Positions 1 to 8,773 of a DNA stretch of 21,008 nt are shown piece by piece. A model generated the notes under the pieces. It was not told the origin of the DNA. It saw only the letters and a program-made list of their open reading frames with translations, and ran no database searches. Both the position numbers and the translations under genes were made by a program. The stretch covers positions 1 to 21,008 of the forward strand of contig BTVV01000108.1 in the NCBI GenBank assembly GCA_045863855.1, written 5' to 3'. The DNA is from Planctomycetota bacterium. GTDB lineage: Bacteria; Planctomycetota; SZUA-567; H5-PLA8. Numbering within the stretch: the first letter of the stretch is position 1; each line of letters opens with the position of its first letter.

Positions 1-89
1 CGAACGAGGATCACTTTCTGTTCTACTCGAAGCGCGAAGAACTCCTGAAGCGCGTCGCCGCCTGGATGGGTTTACCGAACGAACCGTAA
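1..89 (+). CDS. 3' end of a gene entering the window (possibly alpha/beta-hydrolase C-terminus)
   Basis: Frame 3 reads NEDHFLFYSKREELLKRVAAWMGLPNEP* with TAA at 87-89 and GC3-rich codons. 'EDHFLF' followed by an amphipathic helix resembles a hydrolase catalytic-His region, but the fragment is too short to be sure. Confidence 0.45.
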   Translation, partial: NEDHFLFYSKREELLKRVAAWMGLPNEP

Positions 90-95
90 CCGCCC

Positions 96-995
96 CTACT
101 CCGCCCGCCAATCGCCACCCTTCATCACCTCCAGCGCGCGGAACAGACAATGGTTCCCCTTCTCGTCCCCGCCCCGCGCTTGAATCACCTTGTACAGCTC
201 GTGAATCAGCGCCGTCACCGGCAGCGGCATCCCCGCTTCGCGCGCGTTCTCCAGCACGATCCGCAGATCCTTCTGCTGGTGCTTCACGTAAAACCCCGCG
301 CTGTCGTCGCCCGCGATCATCTTCGGACCCAGATGCTCGAGCGACCAAGAGCCCGCCGCGCCGGACTTCACCGCTTCCACCACCTTCGCCGGATCGGCGC
401 CCAGCGACTTCGCGAGCTGCAGCGCCTCCGCCACGCCCATGATGTTCGCCACCACCAGCACCTGATTGCACGCCTTCGCCACCTGTCCCATGCCCGGCCC
501 GCCGACATGCGTGATCCGCTTCCCGTACGCCTGCATGACCGCCTCGGCCTCCGCGAAATCCGCCGCCGCGCCGCCGCACATGACCGCGAGCTGCCCCGCG
601 ATCGCGCCCTTCTGCCCGCCGCTGATCGGAGCGTCCACGAAACGGAAGCCCATCGCAGCCAGCATCTCGTGGAAATCCTGCGCTCGCCGAGGCGAAATCG
701 TGCTGTGATCTACGAACAGCGTACCCGGCGCCGCATCCCTTATCGCACCGAATGCCTCATGAAAAAGGACCGCCTCCACGTCCGGCGCGTCGCCGACGCA
801 GGTGAAGACAATCCGCGCGCCGCGCGCCGCATCGGCCGGCGATTCGGCCACGTGCACGCCCTTCTCCTTAAAGCCTTCCGTCTTGCCGGGCGAACGGTTC
901 CAGACGCGGACCGCGCAGCCGTGCGCCGCCAGATGAAAAGCCATCGGGCGGCCCATCAGGCCCAGGCCGATGAATGCGACGGGGGTTCCGTTCAT
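96..995 (-). CDS. NAD(P)-dependent beta-hydroxyacid dehydrogenase (3-hydroxyisobutyrate dehydrogenase / tartronate semialdehyde reductase family)
   Basis: FIGLGLMG Rossmann motif, VWNRS, DHSTI, DAPISGG, catalytic Lys in AKACNQ, KDL motif. AAGGAG SD upstream. Confidence 0.93.
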   Translation of the reverse strand: MNGTPVAFIGLGLMGRPMAFHLAAHGCAVRVWNRSPGKTEGFKEKGVHVAESPADAARGARIVFTCVGDAPDVEAVLFHEAFGAIRDAAPGTLFVDHSTISPRRAQDFHEMLAAMGFRFVDAPISGGQKGAIAGQLAVMCGGAAADFAEAEAVMQAYGKRITHVGGPGMGQVAKACNQVLVVANIMGVAEALQLAKSLGADPAKVVEAVKSGAAGSWSLEHLGPKMIAGDDSAGFYVKHQQKDLRIVLENAREAGMPLPVTALIHELYKVIQARGGDEKGNHCLFRALEVMKGGDWRAE

Positions 996-1074
996 GCGTC
1001 TGCTCCTTTGAATGGCGCGATGCTTTTCTTATCGGCCCGGCGTGTAAAAGGGAAGTCAACCCGGCCTTTCCCGG

Positions 1075-1103
1075 TGGGCAAAACGCGCACCGGACTTTAC
1101 ACT
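1075..1103 (+). promoter_or_regulatory. Putative sigma70 promoter for a leaderless GT2 transcript
   Basis: TGGGCA (1075-1080)-N17-TACACT (1098-1103), 6 nt before GTG 1110. No SD present. Confidence 0.55.
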
Positions 1104-1109
1104 ACGCGC

Positions 1110-2600
1110 GTGAAGTTGAGCGTCCTGATCCCGGTCTATAACGAGCGCTACCTCGTGGGCGAACTCGTCCGCCGCGTGCTGGCCGTCGAATTGCCCGCCG
1201 GACTCGAACGCGAACTCGTGATCGTCGACGACGGCTCCAAAGACGGCACGCGAACCATCCTCGAGGATTTGGCACGCAAGCATCCCGAATCGATCGTCTA
1301 CGTCCCGCAGCCCAAAAATCAGGGCAAAGGCGCCGCCATACGCACCGCCATCGCGCGCGCCAGCGGCGAATTCTGCATCTTTCAGGACGCCGACCTCGAA
1401 TACGATCCGGCCGATTACCCGCGCGTCCTCGCCCCGCTTCTCGAAGGCAAGGCCGATGTCGTCTACGGTTCGCGCTTCCTGCCCGGCGAACGCCGGCGCG
1501 TCCTCTACTTCTGGCATAGCCTCGGCAATACCTTGCTGACCACGCTCAGCAATCTTTTCACCGACCTGAACCTCTCCGATATGGAAACCTGCTACAAAGC
1601 GTTCCGAACCGAAGTCCTCAAGACGATCCCCATCCGCAGCGATTGCTTCGGCCTCGAACCCGAGATCACCGCCAAGGTCGCCAAACGCGGATTGCGCATC
1701 TACGAAGTTCCCATCAAGTACGACGGCCGCACCTACGCCGAAGGCAAGAAGATCACCTGGAAAGACGGCTTCCGCGCGCTCTACACCATCGTCAAATACT
1801 GGCTCATCGACGACGTCTACGACGCGCATGCCGCGCCGCGGCACCTCGACGGACTCGACCGCGCGCACCATGTCGTGCGCTGGATCGGCGACGAACTGCG
1901 CCCGCACCTCGGCCACCGCGTCCTCGAACTCGGAGCGGGCATCGGCGCCATGTCCGTCACGCTCCTCCCGCGCGACCGCTACATCGCCGCGGACGCCGAC
2001 GAACGCCGCCTCGCCGTCCTGCGCAACCTTGCGCTGCGCCGGCCCGATATCGAGATCGCCAAAATCGATCCGCAGCGCGCGGAAGATTTCGAACCGTTCC
2101 GCGGCGCGGTCGATACGGTCCTCGGCGTCGGCGTTCTCGAGCATCTGGGCGACGACGCGCAGGCGCTGAAGAACATCGCCGATGCGCTCGCGCCTGGCGG
2201 CATAGCGCTCCTGATCCTGCCCCAAAGCCCCGCGCTCTTCGCGCCCATGGACGAAGCCCAAGGCCGTAAGCGCCGCTATGCGCGCGCCGATGTCGCGGCG
2301 CTGCTCGCCAGCGCCGGACTCGAACTCGAACGTTCGCGCGGCCTGCTCCGCGCCGCCTGGCCCGGCTGGATTCTCAACTCGGTCCTGATGCGCCGCCGAC
2401 GCTTCTGGAAAATCGAATTGAAATGCTTCGACGCGTTTGTGGGCTTGTGGCGCGTCATCGACGGCTGGCTGCCGTGGCCGGGATTGGCCCTGCTCGTCGT
2501 GGCGCGCAAGCCCGGCCAGCCGCCCGCGCCCGTCCCGGAAGCCGCGCGCCAGCGCCACGACGCCGCCGCGCACTCCACCGCCGCCGGGAGCCCCCCATGA
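1110..2600 (+). CDS. Bifunctional GT2 (polyprenol-phosphate glycosyltransferase/DPM1-like) + class I SAM-dependent methyltransferase
   Basis: KLSVLIPVYNE, VDDGSKDGT, NQGKGAA, QDADLEY, VVYGSRF, DMETCYK in the N-terminal part; VLELGAGIG and VLEHL in the C-terminal part. Start taken at GTG 1110 because the longer ORF is antisense to the dehydrogenase gene. Confidence 0.92.
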   Translation: MKLSVLIPVYNERYLVGELVRRVLAVELPAGLERELVIVDDGSKDGTRTILEDLARKHPESIVYVPQPKNQGKGAAIRTAIARASGEFCIFQDADLEYDPADYPRVLAPLLEGKADVVYGSRFLPGERRRVLYFWHSLGNTLLTTLSNLFTDLNLSDMETCYKAFRTEVLKTIPIRSDCFGLEPEITAKVAKRGLRIYEVPIKYDGRTYAEGKKITWKDGFRALYTIVKYWLIDDVYDAHAAPRHLDGLDRAHHVVRWIGDELRPHLGHRVLELGAGIGAMSVTLLPRDRYIAADADERRLAVLRNLALRRPDIEIAKIDPQRAEDFEPFRGAVDTVLGVGVLEHLGDDAQALKNIADALAPGGIALLILPQSPALFAPMDEAQGRKRRYARADVAALLASAGLELERSRGLLRAAWPGWILNSVLMRRRRFWKIELKCFDAFVGLWRVIDGWLPWPGLALLVVARKPGQPPAPVPEAARQRHDAAAHSTAAGSPP

Positions 2601-4171
2601 GCGACGCGCCGGTCGCCGCTCAGGCTACGCCGTCTCGATGGATACGCCTCCTGAACAGCCCCTTACCGGCGGCGCTGATCTTCCTCTACCTGGCCTTTCT
2701 CTTCGGCCGCGTTCACCTGGGAACGGAAGGGCTCTACGAACGCGACGGCTATTTCCATGCGCGTTTCGCGCAACAATTCGCCGATCAAGGGCTCTCGAGA
2801 AGCTTTCCATATACACAGTTCAGCACCTGGAAGGAACAGTTCTGCGACAAGGAGTTTCTGTTCCACGCGCTGATGTGGCCCTTCGCGCGCCCCGCCGCCG
2901 AACCGCTGGCCGGCGTGCGCGTCTTCATGCTGCTCCTCGACCTCTCCTTCTGCCTCGCGGTTTACCTGATCCTTCGGCGCAACCAAGTGCCCGCGCCCTG
3001 GGCCTTCGTGTTCCTGCTTGCGTGCCTCGGCGGGCCGTTCCTGATCCGCCTCACCATGATCCGCTCCCATGTCCTGAGCATGCTCCTCGCCGCGATCGGC
3101 GTGCATTTATTGATCGGAAAGCGCTGGAAATGGCTCCTCGCGCTGGGCTTTCTGTACGCCTGGAGCTACACCGTTCCGCTGGTGTTGGTCATGATCGCCG
3201 TGCCGTTTGTGCTCGGCGCCTGGTGGGCAGGCGGGGGGCTGGACTGGAAGAGCCCCGCTTCGGCGCTGGCCGGCGTGGTCCTGGGACTGATCGTCCATCC
3301 CTTCTCGCCGCAGACGCTCGAAACCTTCGCCACCTACATCGACGTCATCAGCATGGGCGCGCAAGGCAAGAACGACGCTGCGCTCGAATTAGGAAAAGAA
3401 ATCTATCCCTATTCCACGCGCAGCTTCTTGCACGCCTTCCCGCTCTGGACCGCGCTGGTCCTCGCCCTGCCTCTGCTGGCCCTGCGCATCCGCGCGGCCA
3501 TCCGGCCCGAAACCTTGGGCGCGCTTGCCGCCGCGCTGGCGTGGTTCGGCATGACGCTCCTCTTCAGCCGCTTCATGGAGTACGCCATCCCGCTCTTTGT
3601 GCTCGCCTTGGGACTGCTCGTGCGCGACTGGTCCGCGGGCCTCGAACTGCGCGAACGCTTCGCCGCCGCGCATCCGCGCGCCACCGTGGCCGCGGGCCTC
3701 GGAGTGGCGCTCGTCTTAAGCGCATTCCACGCGCTCAGCGCCGATTTTTACCTCGCCAGCCAGCGCGAATTGCCGCCCCCGCGTTTCGCTCAGGCCTCCG
3801 CCTGGATGGCGCGCAATCTCGAGCCTGGCGAGACCGTAGTCAACCTCTGGTGGGACGACTTTCCCGAGTTGTACTACAGCGCGCCGCGCCAGCGCTACCT
3901 TGTCGGCCTCGACCCCACCTACATGCTCCGCTACGACGCCGAGAAAGCGCGACTGCTCGAAGAGATGCGCACCCAGCGCGCGCCGCTCGACGGACCGCTC
4001 CTGGCCCGCACCTTCGGCGCGCGCTACATGGTTCTGCGCGCCGACGTGGCGCGCACCTACCCCGAACTCGGCGACCGAACCTGGGGCTACGTCCACAAAG
4101 ACGATTACGCGGTCATCTACGCGCTCGACGGCCCCGAAGGCCGGCGCGTGCCGGCGCAGGCGGGAGACTGA
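2597..4171 (+). CDS. Polytopic membrane protein, GT-C-fold-like glycosyltransferase with a C-terminal extracytoplasmic domain
   Basis: ATGA overlap with the GT2 stop. About 10-12 hydrophobic segments, ERDGYFH after TM1, and a soluble C-terminus containing AWMARNLEPGETVVNLWWDDFPELYY. Confidence 0.75.
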   Translation: MSDAPVAAQATPSRWIRLLNSPLPAALIFLYLAFLFGRVHLGTEGLYERDGYFHARFAQQFADQGLSRSFPYTQFSTWKEQFCDKEFLFHALMWPFARPAAEPLAGVRVFMLLLDLSFCLAVYLILRRNQVPAPWAFVFLLACLGGPFLIRLTMIRSHVLSMLLAAIGVHLLIGKRWKWLLALGFLYAWSYTVPLVLVMIAVPFVLGAWWAGGGLDWKSPASALAGVVLGLIVHPFSPQTLETFATYIDVISMGAQGKNDAALELGKEIYPYSTRSFLHAFPLWTALVLALPLLALRIRAAIRPETLGALAAALAWFGMTLLFSRFMEYAIPLFVLALGLLVRDWSAGLELRERFAAAHPRATVAAGLGVALVLSAFHALSADFYLASQRELPPPRFAQASAWMARNLEPGETVVNLWWDDFPELYYSAPRQRYLVGLDPTYMLRYDAEKARLLEEMRTQRAPLDGPLLARTFGARYMVLRADVARTYPELGDRTWGYVHKDDYAVIYALDGPEGRRVPAQAGD

Positions 4172-4174
4172 GCG

Positions 4175-5275
4175 GTGCGCATCGCCCTCGATTGCTCCAG
4201 CGCCGCGCGGCCCGAAGCCACGGGCGTTGCGATGTACATCCGCCGCATGGTCGCCGCTTTCGCCGCCGCCGCGCCCCAAGACAGCTTCACGCTCGTCTAT
4301 CGCATCTCGCGCTTCAAGCACCGCAGCAAATTTATCCGCCCGCCCGCTCCGAATTTCCGGCGCAAACTCATGGTCGAACCTTTCCATCCGTTCTTCGGCC
4401 GCAGCGTCGATATTTTTCACGGTTTCGACGCCCGAATACCCGGCCCCTGGATGAAAGCGAAGCTCGTCGTCACCATTCACGACGTCTTTTCGGCGCTTCA
4501 GTCCAAGGAGTTCGCCACCGAGGAATTCCGGCGCATGAAGGAAGGCCGCTACCGCGACCTGATCCGCCGCGCCGACCGTATCGTGGTGGTCAGCGAAGCC
4601 TGCAAACGCGACGTCCTCGCCACGCTGGAGCCCGACCCCGCCAAGCTCCGTGTCGTGCACGAAGCGGGCGGGGATCATTTCTATCCAAGAAGCGCGGCTC
4701 AAATCGATCCGGTCCGTGCACGCCACGGCCTGACCGGCCCCTATCTCGTTTACGTAGGCACCATCAATAAGCGCAAAAATCTCCCCGCCATGATTCGTGC
4801 GTTCGCCAAAGCCCGCGCGCGCTGCGGCAGTCCGGCCGTCTTCGCCATCGGCGGGCGCATCGGCTTCGGCGGCGATGAGATCCGCCAAGCCATCTCAGAC
4901 GCAAACGCGAGCGACTCCGTCAAGCTGCTCGGCTACCTTCCCGACGAAGACGTGCCGGCGCTCTACGGCGGCGCGCTGGGCCTGCTCTTCTGCACGCTCT
5001 ACGAGGGCTTCGGCATCCCCGTCGTGGAAGCCTTCGCTTGCGGCTGCCCGGTCATCGGCGGCAGCGCCGGAAGCGTCCCCGAGATCGCCGGCGACGCCGC
5101 GCTTCTGGCCGATCCGCACGACGAAGACGCGCTCGCCGCACAGATCGAAAAGCTGCTCACCGACGAACCCCTCCGCGCCCGCCTGCGCGAACAGGGGCTG
5201 GCCCGCGCCGCCCTGTTTTCCTGGGATCGCGCCGCCCGCCAGTGCTTGGATATCTATCGGGAATTGCTGGCTTAA
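4175..5275 (+). CDS. GT4 (GT-B fold) glycosyltransferase
   Basis: MRIALD start, VVTIHD, YVGTINKRKN, YEGFGIPVVEAFACGCPV (ExxxxxxxE) motif, FSW near the C-terminus. Confidence 0.93.
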   Translation: MRIALDCSSAARPEATGVAMYIRRMVAAFAAAAPQDSFTLVYRISRFKHRSKFIRPPAPNFRRKLMVEPFHPFFGRSVDIFHGFDARIPGPWMKAKLVVTIHDVFSALQSKEFATEEFRRMKEGRYRDLIRRADRIVVVSEACKRDVLATLEPDPAKLRVVHEAGGDHFYPRSAAQIDPVRARHGLTGPYLVYVGTINKRKNLPAMIRAFAKARARCGSPAVFAIGGRIGFGGDEIRQAISDANASDSVKLLGYLPDEDVPALYGGALGLLFCTLYEGFGIPVVEAFACGCPVIGGSAGSVPEIAGDAALLADPHDEDALAAQIEKLLTDEPLRARLREQGLARAALFSWDRAARQCLDIYRELLA

Positions 5276-5285
5276 TTCCGCATAG

Positions 5286-7637
5286 CTACAACATCGACAG
5301 CGGGTCCACATCCACCTGGAACTCCGCGCCGCGCATCTTTTCCAGAGCCGCCCATTCGAACAATTCGGCCAAGCTCGCGCCATCCGGCGCTTTCAGCAGC
5401 AAGTGGAAGCGGTACAGATTTTCCAGCCGCGCCAGCGGCGCGGGCGACGGCCCCAGCACCTGGATCTTCCGTTGCGCCGCCGGATCGCGCAGCTTCGCCG
5501 CCGCTTCGTTCGCCGCCCGCCGAGTGGCCTCGGCATCCTTGCCGCGGACCAGCACTCGCGCCAGCACCGTGAACGGCGGATAGCCGAACTGCCGCCGCAC
5601 CTGCAATTCGGCCTCCGCGAAGCCCGCATAATCGTGCCGCGCCGCGAAGCGCACCGCGGGATCCTCGGGCAGATGCGTCTGCACGATCACGCGCCCGCCC
5701 TTCGCGCTGCGCCCCGCACGCCCCGCGACCTGCTCCAGCAACTGAAACGTCCGCTCGCGCGAACGAAAATCGGGCATGTGCAGCGCCGTATCGGCCAGCA
5801 CGATCCCCACCAGCGTCACGTTCGGAAAATCGAGCCCCTTCGCGATCATCTGCGTGCCGACCAGCACGTCGAGCCGCCCCGCTCGAAAGGCCGAAAGCGT
5901 CTCGACGTACGCTTCTCGTTTCGTCATCGTGTCGCTGTCCATCCGCGCCACGCGCGCCTGCGGATACATGCCTACGACTTCCTGCTCGATCCGCTCCGTC
6001 CCCAGGCCCCAGAACTTCAAACCCGCCGCGCCGCAGGCGCTGCACACGCTCGGCACCGGCTTCTCGAAATTGCAGTAGTGGCAGTGCAGCGATTTACGCT
6101 GCTTGTGCTCGATCAGCGTGATGTCGCAGTTCTGGCACGATTCCGTATGCCCGCAACGCTGGCACGTGACGACCGTCGCGAAGCCGCGCCGGTTCAGGAA
6201 CAGGATCGCCTGCTCTTTGCGCTCCAGCGTATCCGTCAGCGCTTTACGCAGCGCACGGGAGAGGTAGTTGAACTTCTTGGTCTCCCTGTTTTCCGCGCGC
6301 ATGTCGACGACGAGCACCTCCGGCATTTCCAGCCCCAGCACGCGGCCGGGCAGTTCGAGCCGCTCGTACCTGCCGGTTCGCGCCGCTTGAGCCGACTCCA
6401 GCGCCGGCGTCGCGCTGCCCAGGATCGCCACCGCGCCCGCCAGCCGAGCGCGCTCCACCGCCGCTTCGCGAGCGTGGTAGCGCGGAGCGCTGTCTTGCTT
6501 GTACGAACCTTCGTGCTCTTCGTCGACGACGACGCAGCCCAAGCGCGGCAGCGGAGCGAAAAGCGCCGAACGCGCGCCGACCACCACGTCGATCTTACCC
6601 GCGCGCGCCGCACGCCACGCTTCCGCGCGTTCGCCGTCCGTCAGGTGGCTGTGCAGCACCGCGACGCGGTCGCGCCCCAGGCGCGTCTCGAAACGTTGCG
6701 CCGTCTGCGGCGTCAGCGCGATCTCCGGCACCAGCACGATTCCCTGACGCCCTTGCGCGCGCGCCTGCTCCAGCGCGCGCAGGTACACCTCCGTCTTCCC
6801 GCTGCCCGTCACGCCTTCCAGCAGAAACGCCGCGTGCCGCTCGGCCTGCAGCGCCGCACGGATCCGCGCCAGCGCGCGGGTCTGCGCTTCGGTCAGTTCC
6901 AGCCGCGCATCGGGCGCCGCCGCTTCCGGCGCGAACGCTTCGCCCAGGCTCTGCGCCGCGATCTCCTCCAGCGCCAGCCAGCCGGCCTTGCGCAGCGTCT
7001 CCAGCGTCGCCGGCGCAGCTTTCGCGCGCTGCTGCAACTCCAGCGTCCCCAGTTCGCCGCCGGCTTGCGTAAGGCGCTCCAACACCGCCGCCTGCTTCGG
7101 CGCGCGGCGCGCCAGTTTCGCAAACGCTTCCGCATGCTCCGCCGGATGCTTCAGGAGCTTCGCCACGCGTGCGCGCCGCGCTTCGGCTCCGCGCTTCACG
7201 CCCGCCGGCAGCATCGCCGCCAGCACCGTGCCCAGCCCGCAGACGTAGCGCCGCGCGATCCAGCGCGCAAGCGCGATCAGTTCGTGCGTCAGCAGCGGAG
7301 CGGTGCGGTCGTCGCCGGCGCCGTCGTCCACCCGCGCGCGGATCGCCTTCAGCTTGGCCGGATCGATCCCCTCGGCCAGAAACTCCGCTTCCGAGCGCGT
7401 CCCCAGAAAGTAGCCGTACGCTTCGCGCCCGCCGAACGGCACGCGCACCCGCGCGCCCACCGCCAGCCGCGCCGCCAGCGCCGGCGGAACCAAATACGTG
7501 AACGCACCGCGCACCACCGACTCCACGGCCACTTCGGCCAGAACCGTACCCGGCGCCCACGGCGCGGGCTTGGGGGTGCGCGGCGGCGCTTCCAGGCCGC
7601 TGAAAAGGTCGGGTTCGTCGGGACGCGGGGCGGGCAT
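5286..7637 (-). CDS. priA: Primosomal protein N' (replication restart helicase PriA)
   Basis: VRVPFG, GVTGSGKTEVY, LVPEIALTPQ, DEEH, SATP, four CxxC pairs, GTQMIAKGLDFPNVTLV, QVAGRAGR, YPPF. Confidence 0.97.
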   Translation of the reverse strand: MPAPRPDEPDLFSGLEAPPRTPKPAPWAPGTVLAEVAVESVVRGAFTYLVPPALAARLAVGARVRVPFGGREAYGYFLGTRSEAEFLAEGIDPAKLKAIRARVDDGAGDDRTAPLLTHELIALARWIARRYVCGLGTVLAAMLPAGVKRGAEARRARVAKLLKHPAEHAEAFAKLARRAPKQAAVLERLTQAGGELGTLELQQRAKAAPATLETLRKAGWLALEEIAAQSLGEAFAPEAAAPDARLELTEAQTRALARIRAALQAERHAAFLLEGVTGSGKTEVYLRALEQARAQGRQGIVLVPEIALTPQTAQRFETRLGRDRVAVLHSHLTDGERAEAWRAARAGKIDVVVGARSALFAPLPRLGCVVVDEEHEGSYKQDSAPRYHAREAAVERARLAGAVAILGSATPALESAQAARTGRYERLELPGRVLGLEMPEVLVVDMRAENRETKKFNYLSRALRKALTDTLERKEQAILFLNRRGFATVVTCQRCGHTESCQNCDITLIEHKQRKSLHCHYCNFEKPVPSVCSACGAAGLKFWGLGTERIEQEVVGMYPQARVARMDSDTMTKREAYVETLSAFRAGRLDVLVGTQMIAKGLDFPNVTLVGIVLADTALHMPDFRSRERTFQLLEQVAGRAGRSAKGGRVIVQTHLPEDPAVRFAARHDYAGFAEAELQVRRQFGYPPFTVLARVLVRGKDAEATRRAANEAAAKLRDPAAQRKIQVLGPSPAPLARLENLYRFHLLLKAPDGASLAELFEWAALEKMRGAEFQVDVDPLSML

Positions 7638-7643
7638 GCGCCG

Positions 7644-7671
7644 ATCTTACGGGCTTTCCCCGCGGCCACAA
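7644..7671 (-). promoter_or_regulatory. Putative promoter for leaderless priA transcript
   Basis: TAAGAT (7649-7644) lies 6 nt before ATG 7637, with TTGTGG 16 nt further upstream. No SD present. Confidence 0.5.
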
Positions 7672-7732
7672 TTCGCGCTTGTTCGGTCCGAACCGGACGC
7701 CTTCGAGCTACCTATAAGGATAGCCGGGCGGC

Positions 7733-7786
7733 TTGGCGCGGCGGACGGGCCTGTGATACCGTCGTGCCGGGCGGTTACGGAAGGAG
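7733..7786 (+). promoter_or_regulatory. Putative extended -10 promoter and SD for the 7792 gene
   Basis: TTGGCG-N18-TACCGT with TG at 7754-7755. AAGGAG at 7781-7786. Confidence 0.35.
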
Positions 7787-7791
7787 CGCGC

Positions 7792-8751
7792 GTGCTTCGT
7801 GGGCTTGTGCTGCTGGCGGCGGTGCTGGCTTGGTTGGCCGCGCTCTTTCTGGTCCATCGCCAGTACGGCGCCTCCGCGCCCTCGTCCGAAGCCCTGGCCA
7901 ATCCGCTCGTCCTCGACGCCGTCTTCGACGAACGAGCTCCCGCGATCCGGCGCTGGACGATCTACCTCAATCCCAAAAAATTGGCCGGACCCGAGGAACA
8001 ATCCACCGCGTTCCTGAACCAGAACCTCGCCGAAACCTGGATGCGCGAACACGAACGCGAGCAGCGCCTCGCCGAGAACGCCGGCGCGCTACCCGGCGAG
8101 ATCGCGGTCGGCCGCATGCGCACCGAGATCGTGCGCCCCGGGCCCGAACGCGCCGAAGTCATAACCACGATGGAGATCGATCTGCCCGTGGGCCTCTCGC
8201 CCTCGCTGATGCAGATCTTCGGTTCGTGCCGCTGGGAATGCACCCAGCGCCTTACGCGCCTGGGCGGCCTGCAGGACGTGACGAGCCTCTTTCGCATCGG
8301 CATGGGTGTCGAACTCGCCGGCCGCGCGGTCCGCGAAGGCGAAGCGCTGCACGTGAATCTGGCGCTCACGCGCAACGGCGAAAAGCTCGCCGCCGAAAAA
8401 GGAATCTTCCCGCTTCAGGGCACCGGTACGCCGCAGGTGGACCTCTCTCCCTTCACCTACCGCCCCGACCTCAACGTCGGCGACACGTGGGAGATCGGGA
8501 TGCTCGATCTGACCAACGCCTCGGGCAAGCCCGCCTTCGTCGCGACGCAAGCCCGCGTGGTCAAAGACACCGCGACGCATTACCAGGGCCGCATCGTCGG
8601 CGTCTACGAAGTGGTGGCCGAACACGACCGCATGCGCTACACCGCTTACTACAGCCCCGATGGAAACGTGCTGAAGGAACACTGGAAGCTGCGCGATTTC
8701 CTGGACCTGACGCTGATACTCGAGGAGGAACCGGCCGCCGCCAAGCCCTGA
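7792..8751 (+). CDS. Hypothetical exported or membrane-anchored beta-rich protein
   Basis: GTG 5 nt after AAGGAG. N-terminal hydrophobic segment (LRGLVLLAAVLAWLAALFLV), then alternating beta-strand patterns. GC3-biased codons. Confidence 0.75.
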   Translation: MLRGLVLLAAVLAWLAALFLVHRQYGASAPSSEALANPLVLDAVFDERAPAIRRWTIYLNPKKLAGPEEQSTAFLNQNLAETWMREHEREQRLAENAGALPGEIAVGRMRTEIVRPGPERAEVITTMEIDLPVGLSPSLMQIFGSCRWECTQRLTRLGGLQDVTSLFRIGMGVELAGRAVREGEALHVNLALTRNGEKLAAEKGIFPLQGTGTPQVDLSPFTYRPDLNVGDTWEIGMLDLTNASGKPAFVATQARVVKDTATHYQGRIVGVYEVVAEHDRMRYTAYYSPDGNVLKEHWKLRDFLDLTLILEEEPAAAKP

Positions 8752-8773
8752 AGGCCGGCGCCGCCACCGTCCC

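Noticed and set aside
96..995. Specific symbol garR, glxR or mmsB
   Set aside because: The family is clear but substrate cannot be told from motifs, and there is no pathway context.
150..1109. N-terminal 320-aa extension of the GT2 ORF
   Set aside because: Antisense to the dehydrogenase gene; GT2 homology and a promoter begin at about 1110.
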